From assembly GCA_049320885.1 (NCBI GenBank), contig JBMORA010000013.1, forward strand, positions 32,001 to 96,000: DNA of 64,000 nt. The letters are read 5' to 3'. Within the stretch, counting starts at the first letter, position 1. Each line of letters opens with the position of its first letter. The position numbers and the translations under genes are program-made. This document shows, one piece after another, positions 48,343 through 56,776 of the stretch. The stretch is from Thermodesulfobacteriota bacterium. GTDB lineage: Bacteria > Desulfobacterota > Desulfobacteria > Desulfobacterales > SURF-7. Below the pieces are notes generated by a model. The model made no database searches. It worked only from the letters and a program-made list of their open reading frames with translations, and had not been told where the DNA came from.

Positions 48343-51258
48343 TCAAACCTTCGCTTTTTCGACTTCCACGGCTATGGCGCGGTCCACCGGCTGCAGGCAC
48401 CAGTTCCAACGCCAGAAATTCAGATGTCCGTACCCTCCCGCCAGATCCAGCCATTTGATCATGCCGGGAATGGCAGCGTCATAGCTTTTCCATTTTTTGA
48501 ACATGTAGGGCTCCCAGGCGTGATAGACAATCACTTGTCCGGGCTGCGATCCTTTGCCGGGCTTGGCCGCGGCGGTGAGTTTCACATGGATGTAGAAATC
48601 GTCGAAATCATTATAGACATGTACGTAGTCATCATTTTTGATTCCACGTTTTTCCGCGTCCTCCGGGTTCATGAACATAAAGGGCCGGCCCTGGTGGGTG
48701 CGCAGCAATTGCTGCCCGGTGACCCAGATGGAATGGATGCTCCAGCGCTGATGCCCGCTGGTCATGGTGAGGGGGTAGTTCCCGCCGATGTTCGGATTGG
48801 GTTTGTGAACCGGCAGCTGCTCCTTGGCTTCCACAAACCAGGGATGATCGATATAGAACTGGATCCTGCGGTTATAGGTCGGGTAAGGGATTTTCTTGCC
48901 CGTATGCCAGGTCAGGGGAATGATGGGTTCATCGGGCTTGATGTCCGTCGCCAGGTTCATGCTCACCGCATCGAAGGGCGAAACCCCCACAAAGCGCACG
49001 ATGCCTTCCTGGCGCATACGGGCGACATTGGTTCCCTTGGGCAGGTTGCCCAGGAGAACGCTGGCCTCCAAGGCATCTTCCATGATTTCCTCGAAGTTAT
49101 TGGCTTCCATGGCCTGGACTTTTCCGAGATTTTTCAGGTTGATTTTCCGTCCGTCGCGGAGCGTGAACTCCGTCTTGCCTCGTTTCTCGGCCGCGGCTTC
49201 GATCTTTTCCGCCAGCATGCGGCAGATATCCCATTCCGGCTTGGACTCCCCGATGGGCTTGACAGCCTGATCGGTGAGGGTCAGCCAGGGCACATGGGGG
49301 GTGGGAAACCGGGTGTCCAGCTTTTCATAAAAGCCGGCGCCGGGGAGGGCGTAGTCCGAATACAACAGGGTCGTGCTCCAGCGGGTTTCGAAACCGAAGA
49401 TCAGGTTGAACTTGGGCCATAGCGAGGTCAGGATGTTTTTGTTGAATCCGCGGTTTTTTCTGGCCGGATTGGTGCCCATATAGAAATAGACCTGGGGCTT
49501 TTGATCCCTGGCCGGCTTGACGAAGCCGTCCCACCAGCCTTTGGTGATGGCCTCCTCCATATATTCCGGGAATTCCCGTTTCATCGTGGGGCAATGCCAG
49601 GACTTTCGATCCCAGGCGGCCTTGTAATCGGAATGGAAATACCAGAGGAAGTTCGGAACGGTCCAGTTCAGCTCCTTGCGATCCCGTTCACGTTCCAGGT
49701 GGATGGACAGCATTTCATCGGTCAGGGTCGGATCCAGCCGTTTGAAATGCGCCATGATTTTTTTATCCTTGGGAAGATGTTGGATGGTGGCCATATTGCC
49801 GATCCGCGGTTTCATGATCTGCAGCAGGGCACCCTCAAAAAGGGATTCGTTCCAGCCGCGGATGCCGCTGCCTTTCTTGCCGAAACTGCCGGTGAGCGCC
49901 AGCACCAGACACATGCTTCGCTCAATCAAATCTCCATGATAGTATTTCGGTGAATTCCATCCCACCATGACCTGGATATGCCCCATGGCATTGGCGCACT
50001 TCTGCGCCAGCCGCCGGATGGTGTCCGGGTGGGTATTGCACAGCTTGGCCGCTTTTTCCGGTGTATAGTCGCGGTTGAGCAGCTCCTTGAGCTCATTGAA
50101 CGTCGGTTGCACCTTGACGGCAGAGCCGTCTTTCAGTGTGACCGTGAAGACCCCGGTCAATGCCGGATCGCAGGACAGCGTCAGGGTTTCCAGGGCGGCC
50201 TTTACCGGTTTGCCGGTTTTGGCGTCCCAGTAGTAGAACTGATCGTCGCGTCCGCCCGCCTCCATATCGGCCACCCGCAAGAAACGCTGATTGTCCATCC
50301 GGACCAGCAGCGGCAGGTCGGTCTGCTCCTTGACAAAGGGCGTATCGATCTGGTTCTTTTCGATAAGCACCTGGCAGACAGCGAGTCCCAGGGCCGTATC
50401 GCCCCCGGGATCCACCGGCACCCATTCGTCGGCATGCATGGCGCTGGGGGAGTAATCCGGTGCGATGGTGATGACTTCCGCGCCGTTGTAACGCGCCTCG
50501 GCGATGAAATGGTAACAGGGAATCCGGGTATACACCGGATTCATGTGCCAGATCAGCAGGAGCTTGCCGAAAAACCAGCCGTCGGCGGAGTCCATGAACT
50601 GAAATTTGCCCATGGTTTCATACACTCCCCGGTTGAAATCGCCGATGGTGGTGTTCGTGTCGAGGGAAACCGCTCCCAGCAGCACGGAAAGACGGTGAAC
50701 GGCGATAATGTGCAGGTACCCGCCGTTGCCCGGACCGTTCTCGTTGATAATGGATTCCGGACCTTCTTTTTCCATGGCGTCCAGTATCCCTTCGGCGATA
50801 TCTCCCAGGGCTTCATCCCAGCTGATTTTTTTCCATTTGCCGCTGCCGCGTTCGCCCACGCGCTTCATGGGATATTTCAGCCGGTCCGGGTTGTACATCA
50901 TCAAGCTGTAAGAGGCGCCCTTCTGGCAGCCGCGGGGATTGAAATCCGGTCCGGTGGGATCCACCACCGGGTATTTGGCCGCCTGCTCCTCGCGAAAAAC
51001 CACCCCGTCCTTTGAATACACCCGCCAGAGGCAGTTGCCTGGATAACAATCCACCAGATGGGTGCCGAAGGTGACCCGGTCCCAGGTCCATTCCTTGCGG
51101 TGCAGATCTTCCCAGCGGCCGTAGTCCCATTCGTTGAGCACTTTTTCCGCTGCATTGGCATTACCACCTAGAAACCCCAAGGAATTCAATGACAGCATCA
51201 CGGCCGAGGCTCCCGTAATCTTTAAAAACTCCCGCCGATTCAGTTCCAATTGACGCAT
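48343..51258 (-). CDS. DMSO-reductase family type II catalytic alpha subunit, EBDH / steroid C25 dehydrogenase / alkane hydroxylase-like
   Basis: Tat RREFLK; WEDLHRKEWTWD; FS0 motif THLVDCYPGNC...NPRGCQKG; Asp ligand region DTNTTIGDF; NPVYTRIP; SGHQRWSIH; 971 aa, shorter than NarG. Confidence 0.9.
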   Translation of the reverse strand: MRQLELNRREFLKITGASAVMLSLNSLGFLGGNANAAEKVLNEWDYGRWEDLHRKEWTWDRVTFGTHLVDCYPGNCLWRVYSKDGVVFREEQAAKYPVVDPTGPDFNPRGCQKGASYSLMMYNPDRLKYPMKRVGERGSGKWKKISWDEALGDIAEGILDAMEKEGPESIINENGPGNGGYLHIIAVHRLSVLLGAVSLDTNTTIGDFNRGVYETMGKFQFMDSADGWFFGKLLLIWHMNPVYTRIPCYHFIAEARYNGAEVITIAPDYSPSAMHADEWVPVDPGGDTALGLAVCQVLIEKNQIDTPFVKEQTDLPLLVRMDNQRFLRVADMEAGGRDDQFYYWDAKTGKPVKAALETLTLSCDPALTGVFTVTLKDGSAVKVQPTFNELKELLNRDYTPEKAAKLCNTHPDTIRRLAQKCANAMGHIQVMVGWNSPKYYHGDLIERSMCLVLALTGSFGKKGSGIRGWNESLFEGALLQIMKPRIGNMATIQHLPKDKKIMAHFKRLDPTLTDEMLSIHLERERDRKELNWTVPNFLWYFHSDYKAAWDRKSWHCPTMKREFPEYMEEAITKGWWDGFVKPARDQKPQVYFYMGTNPARKNRGFNKNILTSLWPKFNLIFGFETRWSTTLLYSDYALPGAGFYEKLDTRFPTPHVPWLTLTDQAVKPIGESKPEWDICRMLAEKIEAAAEKRGKTEFTLRDGRKINLKNLGKVQAMEANNFEEIMEDALEASVLLGNLPKGTNVARMRQEGIVRFVGVSPFDAVSMNLATDIKPDEPIIPLTWHTGKKIPYPTYNRRIQFYIDHPWFVEAKEQLPVHKPNPNIGGNYPLTMTSGHQRWSIHSIWVTGQQLLRTHQGRPFMFMNPEDAEKRGIKNDDYVHVYNDFDDFYIHVKLTAAAKPGKGSQPGQVIVYHAWEPYMFKKWKSYDAAIPGMIKWLDLAGGYGHLNFWRWNWCLQPVDRAIAVEVEKAKV

Positions 51259-51280
51259 ATCCCCTCCTGATAAATTGACG

Positions 51281-51574
51281 TTACGGTTCCGCCGCCGCGA
51301 CCAGACGGATGGCGTTCCACGGGCATCCGGTCACATGACTGCTGTCCGGTCCGCCGGTTTGACAATTCCCGCAACCGCTGCACCGTGATGAATCCACCTG
51401 CATTTTCTTGAACGGATAATTCTCCGGGTCTTCCATCAGCCGCAGGGCGTCGCGGCTGCAAAAAATCCGGCAGATCGGGCTGCCGCCACAGCCGGTGCAG
51501 CCCTCCGTCACCCGGGCAATCTTCCTGGTCCCGGTGCGGAGGAGGCGCTTCTTTTCCGCCGGTCCCGGATCCAT
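51281..51574 (-). CDS. 2[4Fe-4S] ferredoxin with loop insertions
   Basis: CTGCGGSPICRIFC and CSGCGNC...GCPW; no export signal. Confidence 0.85.
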   Translation of the reverse strand: MDPGPAEKKRLLRTGTRKIARVTEGCTGCGGSPICRIFCSRDALRLMEDPENYPFKKMQVDSSRCSGCGNCQTGGPDSSHVTGCPWNAIRLVAAAEP

Positions 51575-52180
51575 TTACGCCTTCACCTGGATGTAAATTC
51601 GTTTTTCTTCAAACTCCGCGGCAGAATAAATCTTGCGGGTGTCCACGAGTATATACCCCTCCGCATCCTCACGGATGCTCAAACGATCCAGGGGTCTGGG
51701 TGCCGGTCCGGCGAACTGCCGGCCGTCGGAATGAAATTCGCTGCCATGGCATGGGCATTTGAAGGTTTTGATCCCGGGAAACCAATTCACCGTGCATCCC
51801 AGGTGGGTGCAACGGGCATACAGGGCATATATCCGGTCGGCTTCCCGGATGACGAAAAACCGGTGTTCGGTTTTGAAGCGGTCATCCACGGCGATCACCC
51901 CATGGGCGTCCGGCGCGCCTGCGGCGATGAATTCGGCCAGGGGACCGATTCTGAATTGGCTGGGAGGCTGGAACACGACCGAAGGGAAAAAAAATGTAAC
52001 GGCTTCAAAAGTCGCTGCGCCCGTGCACACAAAAAACGCGCCCCAGCCGCCGGCTGAAAGACATTTGTGCAGGAATTCCCGCCGCGACGCCGGCGGCAGG
52101 GAGGATCGGGCCTGGGCAGCCGCCCGAAGCAGACCCTCGATGTTCCCATTTCCCGGATTGAGCTCCCCACCATTTTTCAT
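51575..52180 (-). CDS. Rieske 2Fe-2S protein of the Rieske/cytochrome b complex
   Basis: Tat SRREFL plus TM anchor; CTHLGC, CPCHGSEF, GPAPRPL. Confidence 0.93.
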   Translation of the reverse strand: MKNGGELNPGNGNIEGLLRAAAQARSSLPPASRREFLHKCLSAGGWGAFFVCTGAATFEAVTFFFPSVVFQPPSQFRIGPLAEFIAAGAPDAHGVIAVDDRFKTEHRFFVIREADRIYALYARCTHLGCTVNWFPGIKTFKCPCHGSEFHSDGRQFAGPAPRPLDRLSIREDAEGYILVDTRKIYSAAEFEEKRIYIQVKA

Positions 52181-52564
52181 GACGACCTTTCCGCCCTCGC
52201 GGTTTCGTCTTCAACCGGGCGCTGCCTGAACCGAACGGCTCGTCCCGGCGACCGGTCCCTTCCTGTTTCGGCAGGCATGCCGCAGAACCCGCCAGCGCCT
52301 TGCCGAACAACCCATCGCCCTTGTGCGCCGGGCATTAGTGAATAGTTTAGCTTTTTACTTTGCAAATAGATCAGCTCGAATCTCTTTGTCAAGAAAAAAA
52401 TATGGAATGAATATCCAATTAAATAACAAAAACTTGAAAAACCGCCCGCCCGGAGCGGGACTCCAGCCCGCGATAACTCATAGTTGACATATTCACTATA
52501 TGATAATATGAAGGGACCAGCTGTTCCACCCGATGACGCTTTTCCATATGAAAGGAGGGTTTCC

Positions 52565-52828
52565 ATGACATCCGCCAGGATTTCCATTCTCGGCATCACC
52601 GGCCTGTCCGCGCTTTTCGCCCTGGTTTACGCCGGTCTTTTCCTTGCTGTCTCCAACATATCCTATTGGTATTTCACCCATACATTTCTATATGCCGAAC
52701 TCTTCAACAATCCCGGATATCACCTGTACGACTGGCTCTGGAATCTTGTGGGAACCGCCGCCACCCTGGTCTGCACCTTTTTCATCGAATTCCTGCGCGG
52801 ATTTTTCCGCCGTCGAACAACGGTCTGA
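52565..52828 (+). CDS. Small two-TM hypothetical membrane protein
   Basis: AAGGAGG RBS; two hydrophobic stretches; basic C-terminus. Confidence 0.65.
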   Translation: MTSARISILGITGLSALFALVYAGLFLAVSNISYWYFTHTFLYAELFNNPGYHLYDWLWNLVGTAATLVCTFFIEFLRGFFRRRTTV

Positions 52829-53057
52829 CCCTCCCGTCCCCTCCGCCGCGACGCCAACCGGTCCTTTTGCCCACCGCTGGACGACCTTGCCATCGGAAGT
52901 TGTTTTTTCTTCGAAAACGTGTAAACTGAATGCGTCCAAAAAACGGCTTCCGTCATTCCGACGAAACGCGGGTGTGCTCGCAACCGGTAAACGCATCAGA
53001 CAGGTGACACCCCGGCGAAGCCCCGGTTCACTTTCATTCAATAAGGAGTATGCCATC

Positions 53058-53669
53058 ATGATCAGACATCTGCTCGTTGTTGCCGGCTGCCTGTGCGTTG
53101 CCGGCTTCCTGCCGGTTTCCTGCGCAACCACCAAGGTGGAACGGATCGCCGTGGACGAAACCGTGGACATCAGCGGGAATTGGAACGACAGCGATTCCCG
53201 GATGGTATCCGAGGAAATGATTGCGGATGTATTGAGCCGCAGCTGGCTCGATGTTTTTAAATCCACCCACCAGGGCCAGGCGCCCACGGTGATCGTCGGA
53301 ACCGTCCGGAACCGCAGTGACGAACACATCAACACCCGGACCTTTGTCAAGGATCTGGAGCGCTCGCTGATTAATTCCGGCCAGGTCGAGTTTGTCGCCT
53401 CCCAGGGCGAACGGGAGGAAATCCGGGAGGAACGCAAGGACCAGGCCACCCATGCATCCGAAGCCACCGCCAAGGAGGAAGGCCAGGAAATCGGGGCGGA
53501 TTTCATGCTCCAGGGCTCCATCAATACCATAACGGACCGGCTGGAAGACAAACAGGTCAAATATTATCAGGTCAACCTGGAAATGATCCATATCGAAACC
53601 CATAAAAAGGTCTGGATCGGAGAAAAAAAGATCAAGAAGCTGGTCGAAAAAAGCAGCTTCGGCATATGA
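53058..53669 (+). CDS. lpoB: LpoB-family lipoprotein
   Basis: Lipobox PVSC, DISGNWNDSD, VRNRSDEHINT, GADFMLQGSI, YYQVNLE. Confidence 0.8.
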   Translation: MIRHLLVVAGCLCVAGFLPVSCATTKVERIAVDETVDISGNWNDSDSRMVSEEMIADVLSRSWLDVFKSTHQGQAPTVIVGTVRNRSDEHINTRTFVKDLERSLINSGQVEFVASQGEREEIREERKDQATHASEATAKEEGQEIGADFMLQGSINTITDRLEDKQVKYYQVNLEMIHIETHKKVWIGEKKIKKLVEKSSFGI

Positions 53670-53727
53670 TCGGGCAACACCACACGATGCCGGGCGATGC
53701 CATTAGATGTTGCGGAAGACCGATCCC

Positions 53728-55044
53728 ATGCGCCGAATCCTGATACCAACCCTGGCGTTGGCGCTTACGGTGCTGACGAGCGCCTGCGGTCCGAGCGCGG
53801 CCTACCACCAGCGCCTCACGGGCCACCTGGCGGCCGGCGAATGCGAAAAAGCCGCGGAACTGGTGGAAGAAAGCCGGGACGACTATGGCGCCAACGCCGA
53901 GCTGCTGTATCTGCTGGATGGGGCCATGGTGAATTTCAACTGCGGCGATCAGGAACGGGCCCAGCGGCAATTCCAGGAAGCGGATCAGCTGGCGGAGCGT
54001 TTGTGGACGGAAAGCATCAGCGCCAATACCCTGGCCCTGGTCACCAACGATTATCTTCTGCCTTACGCCGGCGAGGATTTCGAACGGGTCATGATCCATC
54101 TGCTTGCCGCCCTGAGCTATCTCAAGTCGGATCAATTGGATGAAGCCCTGGTGGAATGCCGCAGGCTCGATTCCCTGCTGACGCTATACAGATCAAAATA
54201 TGAAGAAGCGAGTGTCTACAAGGAAGACGCTTTTGCCCGCTATCTCAGCGGCATGCTGAACGAGGATGATCAGGCCATGGACGATGCCTATATCGATTAC
54301 GCCAAGGCATATGGGATCTATGCAGACTATAAGGCCGCCTACGGGACGCCGGCCCCGCCCATCCTCGTCGAAGACCTGCTGCGGACGGCCAAAACCGTGG
54401 ATCGCGTCGAGGATGCCGAAAAACTCGTTCCCAAGGAGGACCGGCAACGCCATCTCAGCCGCACCGAGGCCCGGGATATGGGGCGCATTGTGTTGATTCA
54501 TCTGAACGGTGAGGCGCCGCAAAAGCAGGAGGACCGAATCTACCTTCCCACCTTTGGATACGGACCTCTGACCATCGCGTTTCCACGGATGGAGATTTTA
54601 CCGCCGGACTGCCGAAAATGCCGGCTTATCCTGACAGCGACGACCGGCATGCGGATCACGGCGGAAGGATTTCTGGCCGAGGACATCAATCGTATCGCGG
54701 TCAAGGATCTGGATGATCGCAAGGCCCGGATTCTGCTGAAAGCCGCGGCCCGGGCAGCCGCCAAACAGGTGGCCATCCACCAGATCGCCAATACCAGCAA
54801 GGACCGCGACAGCCGCAACCTGATCGTGACGGCCTTCAATATCGTCAATATCTTTCTGGAACAGGCGGACACCCGATCCTGGCGCACCCTTCCCGGCGAA
54901 ATCTATCTGGCCAGGGCCTACGTCCCACCCGGGACTTACAAGGTGGCGGTGGGAACCTGCCATGGGGCCGGCAAACCAATGGACCAGGTCCGGGTTGCCG
55001 CCGGTGAAACACGCTATCTGATTGTTGACGGACGCTATGAATGA
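53728..55044 (+). CDS. COG3014-like helical-repeat lipoprotein
   Basis: Lipobox LTSAC, LLYLLDGA, PYAGEDFE, ALVECRR, ADTRSWRTLP. Confidence 0.75.
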   Translation: MRRILIPTLALALTVLTSACGPSAAYHQRLTGHLAAGECEKAAELVEESRDDYGANAELLYLLDGAMVNFNCGDQERAQRQFQEADQLAERLWTESISANTLALVTNDYLLPYAGEDFERVMIHLLAALSYLKSDQLDEALVECRRLDSLLTLYRSKYEEASVYKEDAFARYLSGMLNEDDQAMDDAYIDYAKAYGIYADYKAAYGTPAPPILVEDLLRTAKTVDRVEDAEKLVPKEDRQRHLSRTEARDMGRIVLIHLNGEAPQKQEDRIYLPTFGYGPLTIAFPRMEILPPDCRKCRLILTATTGMRITAEGFLAEDINRIAVKDLDDRKARILLKAAARAAAKQVAIHQIANTSKDRDSRNLIVTAFNIVNIFLEQADTRSWRTLPGEIYLARAYVPPGTYKVAVGTCHGAGKPMDQVRVAAGETRYLIVDGRYE

Positions 55045-55089
55045 TGACCGGGAACTGTCAGACGGAAACCAACCCGAATGGGGGCAACC

Positions 55090-56094
55090 ATGAATATAAA
55101 ACAGTGGTTCGTCATTGGATGGGGAGTTTTTCTGCTGGGTGCCTGCGCCGGTTCGGCTACAGCGCCGACCACCGCAAGGGAACCGGACTTTCCGGCGCAA
55201 AGATATCTGACCGCCGTCGGCATTGCTGCGACCGAAGCGGAGGCGCGGCGGCAGGCGGTGGTGGAGATGTCCCATATTTTCGAGTCCAGGGTTTTTGCGG
55301 AAACCTATGCCTCGGTTCAATCCGTTATCAATGAAACCGACCAGGAAGTCTTCTCCCGGGAAGCGGAATCCAGGGTACGGACCGTTTCCGAAGTTGAACT
55401 GAAAGGCGTCCGGATCGGGAAAACCTGGCAGGACTCAACCAGCGGCCAGGTTCATGCCATGGCCGTACTGGACAAATTTCAGGCCCGACGATCCTGGGAG
55501 GGAGAGATCGAAGCCATTGAAACCGCCATGGAAGGAACCCGAAGCTCCCTGGCCGCCGCCCGCAGCGATTTTCGAAAGCTCCAGGCCCAAAACCAGCTTA
55601 TGAGCTTCTGGTTGCAGCGGGAGTCCATCCGCAGCCGCTTGCGCGTGATCGGTTTCGCAGGAATACAGGAGGAGGAGGAGGAAATTCACGACATCGTCAG
55701 GGCCAATGCCGAAATTCGCGGCAGACTGAAAATCCTCATCGACATTTCAGGGAAAAAAGGCCCTGCCGTGATCAGCACCGTGGGGCAGCGTCTCACGGAA
55801 AACGGCTATAACCTCGTATTGACCGGCCAGGAGCCCGATATCGTGCTCCAGGGTGAAATCCGAACGGAAAACGTGAACCTGCCGAACCCCCAGGTCCGGT
55901 TTGTGCGGGCCCAGGTAATCCTTCAGCTGATCGACCGTGTTGAAGGGAGACAGGTGGCTGAAATCAAAGAAGATATCCGCAAAGGTCATGTCGACCGGAA
56001 AGAGGCCGCCCGCAATGCCGTCGAAGGTGTCGCCGGAATGACGGCCGCCCGGGTGATCGCGGTTTTTGGGCAGGTCGACGCATCCCGGGACTGA
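55090..56094 (+). CDS. LPP20-family lipoprotein
   Basis: Lipobox LGAC, YLTAVG...EARRQA, ELKGVRI, HAMAVLDK. Confidence 0.7.
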   Translation: MNIKQWFVIGWGVFLLGACAGSATAPTTAREPDFPAQRYLTAVGIAATEAEARRQAVVEMSHIFESRVFAETYASVQSVINETDQEVFSREAESRVRTVSEVELKGVRIGKTWQDSTSGQVHAMAVLDKFQARRSWEGEIEAIETAMEGTRSSLAAARSDFRKLQAQNQLMSFWLQRESIRSRLRVIGFAGIQEEEEEIHDIVRANAEIRGRLKILIDISGKKGPAVISTVGQRLTENGYNLVLTGQEPDIVLQGEIRTENVNLPNPQVRFVRAQVILQLIDRVEGRQVAEIKEDIRKGHVDRKEAARNAVEGVAGMTAARVIAVFGQVDASRD

Positions 56095-56163
56095 AGCCAT
56101 GAATTGCATTTTATCAAACCGGCAACCGGCCGGGTTGAACAGAAACCATAAGGAGGGTTAACC

Positions 56164-56754
56164 ATGAACCACAAGCGCATGGCGTTGATCATGATCCTGT
56201 TCGTGCTGGCGGCAGTTCTGGCGGGTTGCAGCAAGGCCCAGGTGGCCAATGAAGCCCTTTCCGAGGAATTCGAAGATGCACCGGATTGGGTGCTGGGGGA
56301 ACAATCATCCGAAGCCGGCGCCCTGACCGCCGTCGGTTCCGCCAAGGTCGGCAAAGGCGGCGTGCAGTTCGCGCGCACCGAAGCCATGGCCCATGCCCGC
56401 ACCGAACTGTCCCAGCAGTTGGCAGTCAAGGTCAAGGCCTTGGTGAGCAATTTTTCCCAGCAGGTCGGCATGGGGGAGGGTCAGAGTCTGGATATGTTCA
56501 CCGAACAGATCTCCAAACAGGTTACCAATGAAACCATCAGCGGGTCCAAACAGAAAGAACTTTGGATCTCACCGGCTTCCGATTTGTATGTGCTCGTTTG
56601 CATCGATCCGGAAATGGTCAAGGCTTCGGTGAAAAATCGCATCATCACCAGCTTTAAAGGGGATGAAATCCGCTGGCAGAAATTTCAGGCCCAGAACGGC
56701 AGCGACGCCCTGGACAAGGAAATCGAAAAAACATTCGGTACCGAAGGAAAATGA
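56164..56754 (+). CDS. LPP20-family lipoprotein
   Basis: Lipobox LAGC, APDWV, AVGSA, ARTEAMAHARTELS, LYVLV; AGGAGG RBS. Confidence 0.8.
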   Translation: MNHKRMALIMILFVLAAVLAGCSKAQVANEALSEEFEDAPDWVLGEQSSEAGALTAVGSAKVGKGGVQFARTEAMAHARTELSQQLAVKVKALVSNFSQQVGMGEGQSLDMFTEQISKQVTNETISGSKQKELWISPASDLYVLVCIDPEMVKASVKNRIITSFKGDEIRWQKFQAQNGSDALDKEIEKTFGTEGK

Positions 56755-56776
56755 TGGTTCTGAGCGTCGCGATTTC

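Noticed and set aside
45747..51258. Respiratory nitrate reductase NarGHJI or nitrite oxidoreductase
   Set aside because: Alpha is only 971 aa with a Tat signal, the partner is a soluble Met/Lys heme b gamma rather than NarI, and no nitrate transporter is nearby. A periplasmic oxyanion reductase is less likely but not excluded without phylogeny.
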